DNA of 47,790 bases from Opitutales bacterium (GTDB lineage Bacteria; Verrucomicrobiota; Verrucomicrobiia; Opitutales; JABSRG01), in assembly GCA_049599475.1 (NCBI GenBank), contig JBMYOQ010000025.1:1-47790 (forward strand), in the 5' to 3' direction. Of the stretch, positions 1 to 9,464 are shown in pieces. The position numbers and the translations under genes are program-made. Numbering within the stretch: position 1 is the stretch's first letter; every line of letters begins with the position of its first letter. The notes below the pieces were generated by a model. That model was not told where the DNA came from. It worked only from the letters and a program-made list of their open reading frames with translations, and searched no databases.

Positions 1-55
1 CAGTAAACGCTTCTTAGACAACCTTAAGGCTCTTTAATTTTTAGAATCGGTATTA

Positions 56-184
56 AACCCGGATTATGCATTAGATCATGGCACCGAGCGTAAAGATGAT
101 CCCTTTCGTCTCAACATCTTTGCGCTCAGCACTCATTGCTACGCCATCTCCGGCAAGCCTCCGTCCGGGCACATAATCCGGGTT
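56..184. repeat. MITE-like element with 13-bp perfect terminal inverted repeats
   Basis: aacccggattatg (56-68) / cataatccgggtt (172-184); inner 12/13 inverted repeat 86-98 / 115-127; no ORF. Confidence 0.55.
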
Positions 185-220
185 AAATTCGTTTCCAATT
201 CGACTTCGCTCTCAAGGTAC

Positions 221-248
221 AAAAAAAGCGGCCCCGCACTGGGGCCGC
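221..248 (-). terminator. Intrinsic terminator of amtB-glnK
   Basis: 8-bp GC stem gcggcccc/ggggccgc with an A7 run on + (U-tract on -) just downstream of the glnK stop. Confidence 0.85.
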
Positions 249-281
249 CTCTGATATTTAAGAACTCTACAAGGATCTTGA

Positions 282-635
<354 letters not shown>

Positions 636-659
636 CTAAATACGATTTCGTTTATTAGA

Positions 660-2036
660 TTAGTGAGAGCGTGGAGAGAAGTCTGGGTAGGCTTCTTGGC
701 CGTGTTCGCCAATGTCGAGACCTTCGACTTCTTCTTCTTCAGATACGCGCACTCCGATGGTCACCTTGAGGATGAAGAACAGAGCGAATGAGAAGACAAA
801 CGCCGCTGCACTGTATGCCAGTGAACCGATGAGCTGTGTAACGAAAGAGAAATCTGGGTTGAAGATACCAACCGCAACTGTTCCCCAGATACCGCAAATA
901 CCGTGAACGGAGATAGCGCCAACTGGATCGTCGATTTTGATCTTGTCGAAGAAAAGGATCGCGAAAACTACGATCACACCAGCGATCACACCGATGATCA
1001 TTGCTTCGTAAGGATCTACAGAGTCAGCACCCGCAGTGATACCAACGAGACCTGCGAGGATACCGTTGAGAGCCATTGTGAGATCAGGCTTGCGGAGAAC
1101 TACCCATGATGTGCCGATAGCTGCAAGAGCACCCGCTGCTGCTGCTACGCCAGTAGTTGTGAATACGAGAGAGACAAGTGCTGGGTCAGCGCTGAGGACA
1201 GAACCACCGTTGAATCCGAACCATCCGAGGAAAAGAAGGAATACACCGATAGTCGCGAGAGGCATACTGTGGCCAGGAATTGGCTTGATCTTGCCACCTT
1301 CAAGGAACTTGCCGCGGCGTGGTCCGAGAACGAGCACACACGCAAGAGCTGCGAAACCACCAAAAGCGTGAACGATAGAAGAACCCGCGAAGTCGTAGAA
1401 GCCCATAGCGTCGAGCCAGCCTCCGCCCCACTTCCAAGAACCGCAGATTGGGTATGCAAGGCCTACGAGGATAGTGGCGAAAACCATGAATGCTGGGAGC
1501 TTAACACGCTCAGCAACAGCACCGGATACGATCGTAGCCGCAGTAGCAGCAAACATCGCTTGGAAGATAAAGTCTGCCCAGTAAGTGTAGTCCGCATACG
1601 CAGCGGTCAAACTGGCGACGGCGTCTGCCCCTTCGAAACCGGCTGAGATAGGTCCGAGAATCGCGACATAACCGTTGAAGTCACCGGGATACATTGTGTT
1701 GAAGCCAGTGAACGCGTAGGTGAGAATACCGATCGAAATGATGAACACGTTCTTGAAGAGAACGTTGGTGGTGTTCTTGGCTTGAGACATTCCGGACTCG
1801 AGAGTCGCGAAACCAAGGTGCATGAGGAATACCAGAGCCGCAGCCACTAGAATCCACAAGTTGTTTACTGTAAAGAGCGCAAAACCACCTCCGGCAGCGA
1901 AGTCTTCATAGGTCGCAAACTCCGCATCTTGGCCCATTACCGAAGTAAGAGCACCCAGCCCGAGTAGCGCAACTAGAGACGACAGCGAACGGAAGCGCTG
2001 GCTCAGGTTTAACACTTTAGATTTCATAGTTGTCAT
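660..2036 (-). CDS. amtB: Ammonium transporter
   Basis: FQAMFAATAATIVSGAVAER, DFAGSSIVH, GWFGFNGGS, DDPVGAISVHG, EGLDIGEHG. Confidence 0.97.
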   Translation of the reverse strand: MTTMKSKVLNLSQRFRSLSSLVALLGLGALTSVMGQDAEFATYEDFAAGGGFALFTVNNLWILVAAALVFLMHLGFATLESGMSQAKNTTNVLFKNVFIISIGILTYAFTGFNTMYPGDFNGYVAILGPISAGFEGADAVASLTAAYADYTYWADFIFQAMFAATAATIVSGAVAERVKLPAFMVFATILVGLAYPICGSWKWGGGWLDAMGFYDFAGSSIVHAFGGFAALACVLVLGPRRGKFLEGGKIKPIPGHSMPLATIGVFLLFLGWFGFNGGSVLSADPALVSLVFTTTGVAAAAGALAAIGTSWVVLRKPDLTMALNGILAGLVGITAGADSVDPYEAMIIGVIAGVIVVFAILFFDKIKIDDPVGAISVHGICGIWGTVAVGIFNPDFSFVTQLIGSLAYSAAAFVFSFALFFILKVTIGVRVSEEEEVEGLDIGEHGQEAYPDFSPRSH

Positions 2037-2134
2037 AATAGTATGGTTAGATTGCTCGGCGCGGCCTTGGAGATTGTAGGATAGACTCGCACAGATCCAC
2101 GGCGAGCGAGAGGCTCTACCGCGGGAACGAATTT

Positions 2135-2152
2135 AAGCACCGCTCATGCCAA
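2135..2152 (-). promoter_or_regulatory. Sigma-54 (-24/-12) promoter of amtB-glnK
   Basis: Minus strand TTGGCATGAGCGGTGCTT: TGGCA...TGC with exact GG-N10-GC spacing about 100 bp upstream of amtB. Confidence 0.75.
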
Positions 2153-2360
2153 TTCCGGGAAGACGATCTCCACCCTATTCAGCAGAGATTGTGTCAATCA
2201 TGTTTCAACCCACTCATGCTGCGGGACGACGGATTTTCAAAAAGTTGTAAAAACTATTGTACACCTCTGTGTGTCCAGAGATGAACATTCGGCATGATTT
2301 CTAGGTTTTCCCGGCGTCGTGACGATTTTTAACCATGGCAAACATCACTCCTGGAGCCGT

Positions 2361-3005
2361 TTAGAAGACTCCCTCTACGAATCCTTGGACCCACTTGATG
2401 ACAAATACGCCCAGATTACTCACTGCGTGCGCCAAGAAACATGGAATCAGCGATTTTTGAGGGTTCGCGGGCATCACCCTCAAAAAGTAGAACCATATGC
2501 TATTCAAAAACACCATCGCTGTGCTGAAAAAGCCTTTAGTATCTAGATGGAGACTGAATGTGCCTTCCCAAATTTTCCAGCCATCAACATCTTCCGGCAT
2601 GTCCAAGCTCCACAGAAAATCGTGCAACAGAGCGAAGAGGAGCGAAAAACCAAAAATACTCGCCAGCATCGCAGCCTTTCCTCGATCCGTAACGATTAGG
2701 AAGCCCCGAAATATGAGCTCCTCAGTAATCGCCGCCCCGAGCATAGGCAAAAGGAACAGATAAGTGATCACTTTTTGCTCATCGGAGACTCCCAGGGCAA
2801 TCTCGCCTCCAGTTTCGAGCGCTAGAATGGCGAGGGCTCCCAAGACTCCGATCAGGATGGCCTTCGCACCGGTGGGCGTCGCGCCAGGGATTGGTTTTGC
2901 CGGTGCATTCTCGCTCTCGCGAGCGCGAAAATCGTCGAGCCACATCTTAAAAAAGAAGCCTGCAACCAGGACGGGTATTAAATATTCGAATAGCTTATCA
3001 GCCAT
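2361..3005 (-). CDS. CPBP (Abi/CAAX) family intramembrane glutamic endopeptidase
   Basis: EELIFRG, FALLH and HAVSN motifs; multiple hydrophobic segments. Confidence 0.85.
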   Translation of the reverse strand: MADKLFEYLIPVLVAGFFFKMWLDDFRARESENAPAKPIPGATPTGAKAILIGVLGALAILALETGGEIALGVSDEQKVITYLFLLPMLGAAITEELIFRGFLIVTDRGKAAMLASIFGFSLLFALLHDFLWSLDMPEDVDGWKIWEGTFSLHLDTKGFFSTAMVFLNSIWFYFLRVMPANPQKSLIPCFLAHAVSNLGVFVIKWVQGFVEGVF

Positions 3006-3168
3006 AGGAGTTCTTCTGATTATAACGGGGTATGCCTTTTGTTAACGGCGCTGCAGATGGAATCTACTATCTACGCGACTTACAATTGCCAATCCTAAGA
3101 GCAAACCCGCTGCAACGCTTTTGCGCATCACCCTTGCAATTAGTGAGAGGAGACCTACCTTTCCCGTG

Positions 3169-4200
3169 ATGACTTCGACTGTATCAGCCTTGAAAGAGGC
3201 TCCCAAGGCTCAGCCTGTCCAATTTGAGCAGCTCTACGCGCTGGTCAAGCCGGGCCTGGATGCCTTGACGGAGTTGATGCATAGCCAAGTCGAAGATTTC
3301 GAGCCAGAGATCCGCGAACTCGTCGCTTACACGCTTGAGAATAGCGGCAAACGCCTACGTCCGATGTTGATGTTTTTCTCCGGACGAGACACTTCAGGAT
3401 CCATCAACCCAGAACTCGTGAAGGCCGCTGCCGTGGTCGAAATGGTCCACATAGCGACTCTCGTGCACGACGATATCTTGGATGAAGCTGCGCTCCGCCA
3501 CCGCAAAGAAACGGTCGCTCAGAAGTATGGAACCGCGGTAGCAGTGTTACTCGGCGATGCTTTGTTTGCACACGCCTTGAAGCTAGCTTCAGATTTTGAC
3601 ACCGTCCGCGTCTGCCAGGTGGTAGCATCTGCGACTCAGCGCGTTTGCTCAGGGGAAATCAGCCAGACGCTCCGCCGGGGCAATCCAGACCTCACCCACG
3701 AGAGCTACTTCCGCATCATCGAGATGAAAACCGCCGAGCTGTTCCAGGCCTCTTGCACTTTGGGTGCAGAATTGAACGGTAACGACCAGGCTTTCGCAAA
3801 AGCCGCAGGGCAATTTGGCAAACACTTGGGCATCGCCTATCAGATTTTCGACGATATCACCGACCTCTACGGAGAGGAAGAAACAACCGGCAAGACGCTC
3901 GGCACAGATCTCGCCAGCGGCAAAATCACGCTCCCGATGCTCGCTATGAAGGAGGACATTGGAGAAGAAGCCTTCAACAATCTCTTTATGAGTGCAAAAG
4001 GCCGGGACGCTGAAGCGCTCGCAGCATTTCATGCCGGCCTCAGGACAGACAAGGTAAAGGCCGCCGTGATCGAAGGGTTCAACGCCGAAATAGAATCAGC
4101 GCGCGCCGCTATCCGCGATTTTTCAGCCCTGGATGCCCATGCGCCCCTGTCCATGCTTTGCGATTTCGTCTGTCAGCAGTTGAAAAGCCTGACCTCCTGA
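3169..4200 (+). CDS. Polyprenyl diphosphate synthase (IspB/HepT-like)
   Basis: GKRLRP, LVHDDILD, AVLLGD, KTAELF, YQIFDD; ATG at 3169 preferred over TTG at 3121. Confidence 0.92.
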   Translation: MTSTVSALKEAPKAQPVQFEQLYALVKPGLDALTELMHSQVEDFEPEIRELVAYTLENSGKRLRPMLMFFSGRDTSGSINPELVKAAAVVEMVHIATLVHDDILDEAALRHRKETVAQKYGTAVAVLLGDALFAHALKLASDFDTVRVCQVVASATQRVCSGEISQTLRRGNPDLTHESYFRIIEMKTAELFQASCTLGAELNGNDQAFAKAAGQFGKHLGIAYQIFDDITDLYGEEETTGKTLGTDLASGKITLPMLAMKEDIGEEAFNNLFMSAKGRDAEALAAFHAGLRTDKVKAAVIEGFNAEIESARAAIRDFSALDAHAPLSMLCDFVCQQLKSLTS

Positions 4201-4300
4201 GACCGAACGCACCCCACAGCCGCCGGCTAAGAGCTTTTTTCCTTCCCCTACCAGGGCGGTGCCTATTGATTCATCCCCTTCCAAATTTTAGCTCTTAGTA

Positions 4301-5578
4301 ATGTCTCTAAATATTGCCGTAATCGGATCAGGTGGCCGCGAACATGCACTGGTCGACGCCTGCCTCAAAAGCCCTAAAGTAAATTCTGTTGTCGCAATCC
4401 CAGGCAACGGGGGAATGCAGCAAATCGTTCCCTGCGAAGATCTGTCTGTTACCGACATCGATGGCATCGTTGCATTTTCAAAAGAAAAAAATCTAGATTT
4501 GGTAATCTGCGGACCCGAGGTGCCGCTAAGTGCCGGGCTGGCGGATGCCCTAAATGCAGCAGGCATTCCGTGCTACGGCCCTGAAAAAGCCGGCGCTGAG
4601 CTCGAAGCGAGCAAGGCCTTCTGTAAAGCGTTTCTCCAGAAACACGCAGTCCCGACAGCAGCCTACGGGACTTTCACCGACGTGCCGTCTGCACTGGAAT
4701 TTCTCCAGGCACAATCCTTCCCTATCGTTATCAAAGCAAGCGGACTCGCGGCAGGTAAAGGTGTCATCATCGCAGCGACCAAGGAAGAGGCCGAAAATAC
4801 AGTCAAAGAAATGCTCGAAGGAGGTCAGTTTGGCGCAAGCGGCGAGACCATCGTGATCGAGGAATTTATGGAAGGTGAAGAAGCCTCCCTCCATTTGATT
4901 GTCTCGAATCAAGATTACCTAGTTCTCCCGATGAGCCAAGACCACAAGCGTATCGGAGAAGGCGATACAGGCCTCAATACAGGAGGCATGGGCGCCTATG
5001 CTCCCACCGGAGCTGTAAACGAGGAGATCATGGATCAAATTCGCACGCAGATCATCGAGCCCACGCTAGCAGGACTAAAAGCAGACGGTATCGATTACCG
5101 TGGTACACTTTATATTGGTCTCATGCTCACATCAAGTGGGCCTAAGGTCGTCGAATTCAATGTTCGCTTCGGCGACCCTGAGACTCAGGTACTTCTCCCT
5201 CTCCTCGAAGACGATATTGTCCCGATCCTTCTGTCTGCGGCAAAAGGCGAATCTTTGCCAACGTCCTTGAAAACCCACGACGGATTCAGTCTAGTAGTCG
5301 TCTTGGCTGCCAAAGGATATCCTGGAAGCTATCCCAAGGGTGATGTGATATCGCTCCCTGCCTCCACTCCGGAGAACGCGTCGATCTATCACGCTGGAAC
5401 TACCGCAGATGCTGATGGAAATATTCTTACAGCTGGCGGGCGTGTATTGGGTGTAACTGGCTTTGGAGGCACCATTGAAAGTGCTCGCGAAGCAGCATAC
5501 AACTTGTGCGATCAAGTAGACTGGGACGGCAAAACTTTGCGCAGAGACATCGCGCACCGTGAACTTACACGGAAGTAA
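4301..5578 (+). CDS. purD: Phosphoribosylamine--glycine ligase
   Basis: GSGGREHAL, GLAAGKGV, QDHKR..GLNTGGMGAY, EFNVRFGDPE, GGRVL. Confidence 0.98.
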   Translation: MSLNIAVIGSGGREHALVDACLKSPKVNSVVAIPGNGGMQQIVPCEDLSVTDIDGIVAFSKEKNLDLVICGPEVPLSAGLADALNAAGIPCYGPEKAGAELEASKAFCKAFLQKHAVPTAAYGTFTDVPSALEFLQAQSFPIVIKASGLAAGKGVIIAATKEEAENTVKEMLEGGQFGASGETIVIEEFMEGEEASLHLIVSNQDYLVLPMSQDHKRIGEGDTGLNTGGMGAYAPTGAVNEEIMDQIRTQIIEPTLAGLKADGIDYRGTLYIGLMLTSSGPKVVEFNVRFGDPETQVLLPLLEDDIVPILLSAAKGESLPTSLKTHDGFSLVVVLAAKGYPGSYPKGDVISLPASTPENASIYHAGTTADADGNILTAGGRVLGVTGFGGTIESAREAAYNLCDQVDWDGKTLRRDIAHRELTRK

Positions 5579-5752
5579 TGGGTGCGGCTTGTCCCCGCTC
5601 ATTGAAAACAATGTGAAATCCACGTGAACCTGCACAGTTCGTTTGCAGAATTCGGGAAGCTATACTGAGTTGGTGACTCTTATTAACCCACGGGAATTCT
5701 TGTCGGCACTCGGTCGGCACGTCGTCCCTTTCTAATTATAACTGTACTCACC

Positions 5753-6916
5753 ATGTCTGATTTCAGCAAATACGACTTCCCGCCATTCTCCATTCAGCGC
5801 CTCATGCGCACTTGTTTCGAGGAAGGCGAAGGCGAAAAGCTCTGCATCCTTATTGACCTCCCCAACGCCGAGGACATTAAGGATTTTAAGTTCCTGGATG
5901 ACCCATCCCTCTCTATTCAAAACTACGGCTATGAAGTCTTCTACAAGGGCTTCAAGGAAGGAGCTTTGAAAGATCTGAATTACACCGGTGGTGACATATT
6001 CGCGTATAAAGAAGTCGGTGGTTCAAACCTCGACTACGAAGACGAGTGCTTCGACCCAACAGGCAAGCAGCTCAGCCTCGAAAAAGATATTTTCCCAAAC
6101 TACGGCATCATCCTTGCGATCACAACTTGGTCCGCGACGGCGCCACTGACGGCCGATGCCAAGAAATTCGGTTTCCGCGGAGCCACGATGCATGGACTCA
6201 ACCAAATCATCGTCGATTCAGGCCTTTCCGTTGACTACAACCAAATCAGCGAAGAAGCCGAGTTACAGCGCGCAGCCCTCACTCAAGCAGATGCCTTCGA
6301 AATCGACTTCGAAGTAGAAGGGCAAAAGACCACTCTTCGCCTAGAATGCGGGCGCCAGGAGGCCCAAAAGAGCCATGGCCTGTGCCCACGTGGAAAGCCC
6401 GATGTCGCCAACCTTCCAGCCGGTGAAGTCTACTTCGTGCCGACAGGTGCTGATGGCAAATTCCCCTTTAAATATTCGGAAGAGACTTTGGGACTCCTCA
6501 CAGTCGAGAACGGCTACATTAAGAGCTCACGCCTTCTCTACGGCGATTACGAGCTGATCAAGGAGCACAACGAGAAACTCTCGGAAGACCCCATGACTGG
6601 CGCCATCGGCGAACTCGGATTCGGCACCCAAGTCCTGCCTTTCTCAGGTCGCGACATTCAAGACGAGAAAATCCGAGGCACGATCCACGTCGCTACCGGC
6701 CGCAGTGATCACTTAGGTGGACACCTCACTCCAGACCTCTTCAAGAGCAAGCTCAACGCCTCCCACGACGACGTCCTCTACGCACCGCACAAGACCCCCG
6801 AGGTCCGTATTCCGCAAGTGCGTATGTATCGTGACGATACCGAAACAGTCATCATGGAAAACTACGAGCAAGCCGACTACCTCAAAGAAAAACTCGGCCT
6901 ACTCACAACTGCGTAA
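5753..6916 (+). CDS. M29-family aminopeptidase-like metalloprotein
   Basis: NLPAGEVY, GELGFG, DEK..GTIHVATG and SHDD motifs resemble the thermophilic aminopeptidase (M29) C-terminal domain. Confidence 0.65.
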   Translation: MSDFSKYDFPPFSIQRLMRTCFEEGEGEKLCILIDLPNAEDIKDFKFLDDPSLSIQNYGYEVFYKGFKEGALKDLNYTGGDIFAYKEVGGSNLDYEDECFDPTGKQLSLEKDIFPNYGIILAITTWSATAPLTADAKKFGFRGATMHGLNQIIVDSGLSVDYNQISEEAELQRAALTQADAFEIDFEVEGQKTTLRLECGRQEAQKSHGLCPRGKPDVANLPAGEVYFVPTGADGKFPFKYSEETLGLLTVENGYIKSSRLLYGDYELIKEHNEKLSEDPMTGAIGELGFGTQVLPFSGRDIQDEKIRGTIHVATGRSDHLGGHLTPDLFKSKLNASHDDVLYAPHKTPEVRIPQVRMYRDDTETVIMENYEQADYLKEKLGLLTTA

Positions 6917-6939
6917 AACCATAAGCCTTTAAGATCCAG

Positions 6940-6970
6940 GGCGTTAGGGAACACCTCTAACGCCTTTTTT
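6940..6970 (+). terminator. Intrinsic terminator
   Basis: ggcgttag / ctaacgcc stem followed by T6. Confidence 0.8.
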
Positions 6971-6974
6971 GTTT

Positions 6975-7076
6975 GTCCACGAACCACACGAAAAACACCA
7001 ATACTTGCTACATAGCCCGGGAGCTCGAAAGTAGACCTTCCATCATTATTTCGTGCTTTTCGTGTATTTCGTGGAC
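6975..7076. repeat. Intergenic palindromic element with 9-bp periodic arms (cacgaa-type)
   Basis: gtccacgaaccacacgaaaaacacc ... tttcgtgcttttcgtgtatttcgtggac; related copy at 11375-11439. Confidence 0.75.
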
Positions 7077-7118
7077 CCATCATGCAGATCCCAAACACAT
7101 TTATTTCCCATTTTCCTG

Positions 7119-7871
7119 ATGTCAGAAAACCCATACGAATCCCAAGAGCTGCTGGCTCAATACCTCCTTTTTCACTACGGCACTGCGCGTGAAGTCCTTC
7201 CTTGGCCGATGGGCCCTAGCGACGCTCTCGACTACGCCGTCCGCGCCGTTTCAGAACCGCTAGCCGATTATGCAGTCCCTGCCAACGCGCGCGCTCTGGA
7301 TATAGGTTGCGCGGTGGGCCGCTCCAGCTTCGAGCTGTCTAAGAGCTGCGCTGAGGTCATCGGCATCGATTTCGCCCAAAGCTTTATCGACGCCGCCGAA
7401 CGCATTCGCACAACCGGCGAGCACCCCTACGCCTACACCGTAGAAGGCAAAATCACCGCGGAAGCCAACGCGAAAACGCCCGAAGGCACACACTCCGAAC
7501 GCATCAAGTTCCAACAAGGCGATGCCATGGATCTCCCAGACGATCTCGGGGATTTCGATATCGTTCTCGCAGCCAATCTCATCTGCCGACTACCCGACCC
7601 GATGAAGTTTCTGGAGCGACTCCCCAGCCTCATCAAGCCCGGTGGCCTACTCATCCTCAACACCCCTCTCACCTGGCTCGAAGAATTCACCCCAGAAATT
7701 AACTGGATCGGCGGCACTCCGGAATCCGGCGAGACGCTCCCAGGCCTTAAAAAAATTCTCGATACAGATTTTGAACTGAAAAAATCAGTCAACATGCCCT
7801 TCTTCATCAGGGAACACGCCCGGAAATACCAATGGAGCGTAGCCCAATCCTCACGCTGGATTCGAAAGTAG
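7119..7871 (+). CDS. Class I SAM methyltransferase, OvoA C-terminal-like (putative mercaptohistidine N-methyltransferase)
   Basis: YES..LLAQYLLFHYG, ALDIGCAVGRSSFEL, QGDA, ANLICRL..P, TWLEEFTP..NWIGG, REHARKYQ; ATG at 7119 preferred. Confidence 0.8.
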   Translation: MSENPYESQELLAQYLLFHYGTAREVLPWPMGPSDALDYAVRAVSEPLADYAVPANARALDIGCAVGRSSFELSKSCAEVIGIDFAQSFIDAAERIRTTGEHPYAYTVEGKITAEANAKTPEGTHSERIKFQQGDAMDLPDDLGDFDIVLAANLICRLPDPMKFLERLPSLIKPGGLLILNTPLTWLEEFTPEINWIGGTPESGETLPGLKKILDTDFELKKSVNMPFFIREHARKYQWSVAQSSRWIRK

Positions 7872-7909
7872 GAAAAGAAAATTTCAAGCCATTCGCGGTC
7901 AGTTAGCGC

Positions 7910-9235
7910 CTAAACCCTCGGCAATTCATAGCCTGGGCGACGCTCTCGCGACTGCATGGCTTGAGCTTCGAGATCTCCTTTTATTTGTTCACCGACCGGA
8001 TCCCATTCGATCGAGCGCCCCGTTTGCTCCGCAATGGCAGCAAGACTGCATATTGTTCCAGAACGGTGTCCTACCGTCGCCGGGCAGATGGGCTTCTTAC
8101 GTGTTTTCACACAGTCGATGAAATTTTTGCGATGATTCGAGGAGTTGTAAACCTGTATATCTGAGTCCGTAAAGCGATAGCGACGAAGCTCATCTGGAGA
8201 CGTGTGAATCATGCCGCGACTCACACGCACTTCCCCTTCGCTTCCAACAAAACGAATCATAACGTCCTTTGGTTCTTTCCCTGATGAGGAAGGGTGCTTA
8301 GCGGAACCCTTGTCGCGCCAAACCGTTTTGCCATCTGCATATTGAAAATGGTGGTGGGTCGCGCCCTCAAACCCTTTGGGAACGAAACGAACGGGTCCTG
8401 TATCATCGCGACCTAAAGCCCATTGGACAATGTCGAAATGATGGGCACCCCAATCGCCAAATTTGCGATTTCCATAGTCCCAATAGCAACGCCAACCTCC
8501 CCCGTATTTTTGCTGCACACGGTTCTTTGAAAAAGCATGATATGGAGCAGGTCCCAGCCAACGATCATAGTCAAAACCATCAGGCACAGGAACAATCTCG
8601 GGGTTTTTGGGAGGCTGCGGGAAGTTACCCAAGCGACAGTAAATCTCATTGACCTCACCGATCACACCATTGCGGACAAGGTTAGCAGCTATGCGAAAGT
8701 GAGGGCTTGAGCGTTGCTGAGATCCCACCTGCACGATTCGACCGTATTTCTTCTCAGCGGCCACGACAGCTTTGCCCTCTTCGATTGTAAGAGCCATTGG
8801 CTTTTCCACGTAAACATCCTTGCCCGCTTTCATCGCCTCGATCGCCAAGGCAGCATGCCAGTGATCCGGTGTCATGATGACCACAACATCGATACTGGGA
8901 TCCTCCATTATCTCTTCGTAACGCGGCGTAGATTTAAGATCCGTAAAGCCCTTTTTCTTGAGCCCCTTGATTGCCTTTCTGCGCATGGAATCGCGCACGT
9001 CACAGACAGCAACAGGTTGCACATCAGCGATACCGGGAAAAGATGCCAAGTGGCCTTTCGAAATGAGACCGGTGCCAATGAAGCCCATACCTATTCGCGA
9101 ATTCGCGGCAGCTTTGTCTGCGTCCCCGAGGGTTTGAGAGCGAAGGATCATCGGAAATCCCAAAAATGCTCCCGAGGCAAGAGAGGCGTTTTTAATGAAA
9201 TTGCGACGGCTAGGGGGAGTGAATGTCTTACGCAT
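7910..9235 (-). CDS. Tat-exported Gfo/Idh/MocA oxidoreductase
   Basis: SRRNFIK twin-arginine motif; GFIGTG, TPDHWHA, VYVEKP, QVGSQQRS, DWGAHHFD. Confidence 0.92.
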   Translation of the reverse strand: MRKTFTPPSRRNFIKNASLASGAFLGFPMILRSQTLGDADKAAANSRIGMGFIGTGLISKGHLASFPGIADVQPVAVCDVRDSMRRKAIKGLKKKGFTDLKSTPRYEEIMEDPSIDVVVIMTPDHWHAALAIEAMKAGKDVYVEKPMALTIEEGKAVVAAEKKYGRIVQVGSQQRSSPHFRIAANLVRNGVIGEVNEIYCRLGNFPQPPKNPEIVPVPDGFDYDRWLGPAPYHAFSKNRVQQKYGGGWRCYWDYGNRKFGDWGAHHFDIVQWALGRDDTGPVRFVPKGFEGATHHHFQYADGKTVWRDKGSAKHPSSSGKEPKDVMIRFVGSEGEVRVSRGMIHTSPDELRRYRFTDSDIQVYNSSNHRKNFIDCVKTRKKPICPATVGHRSGTICSLAAIAEQTGRSIEWDPVGEQIKGDLEAQAMQSRERRPGYELPRV

Positions 9236-9464
9236 AATTCGGTTGGATAGCTTACTTTAACACCGCCCAGGCCGGCAACGTGACACCTGAATAGTAAAAC
9301 GATTAAACATTCAATAGGACGAATAATTTTAGTCTATTCAGATACAGATTAGACAAATCGGAGAAGCCTCGATTAACTTCTGTTTTTCCACAATCAGGTG
9401 CTTTAATAATCCCAAGACTCACCCGATACTTCATCTTTCATAGCTCAACCTCGATTCCCAATAC

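Noticed and set aside
5630..5720. NtrC-like site (tgcac-N7-ttgca) and GG-N10-GC upstream of the M29-like gene
   Set aside because: Both are weak matches, with a poor -12 element; likely chance
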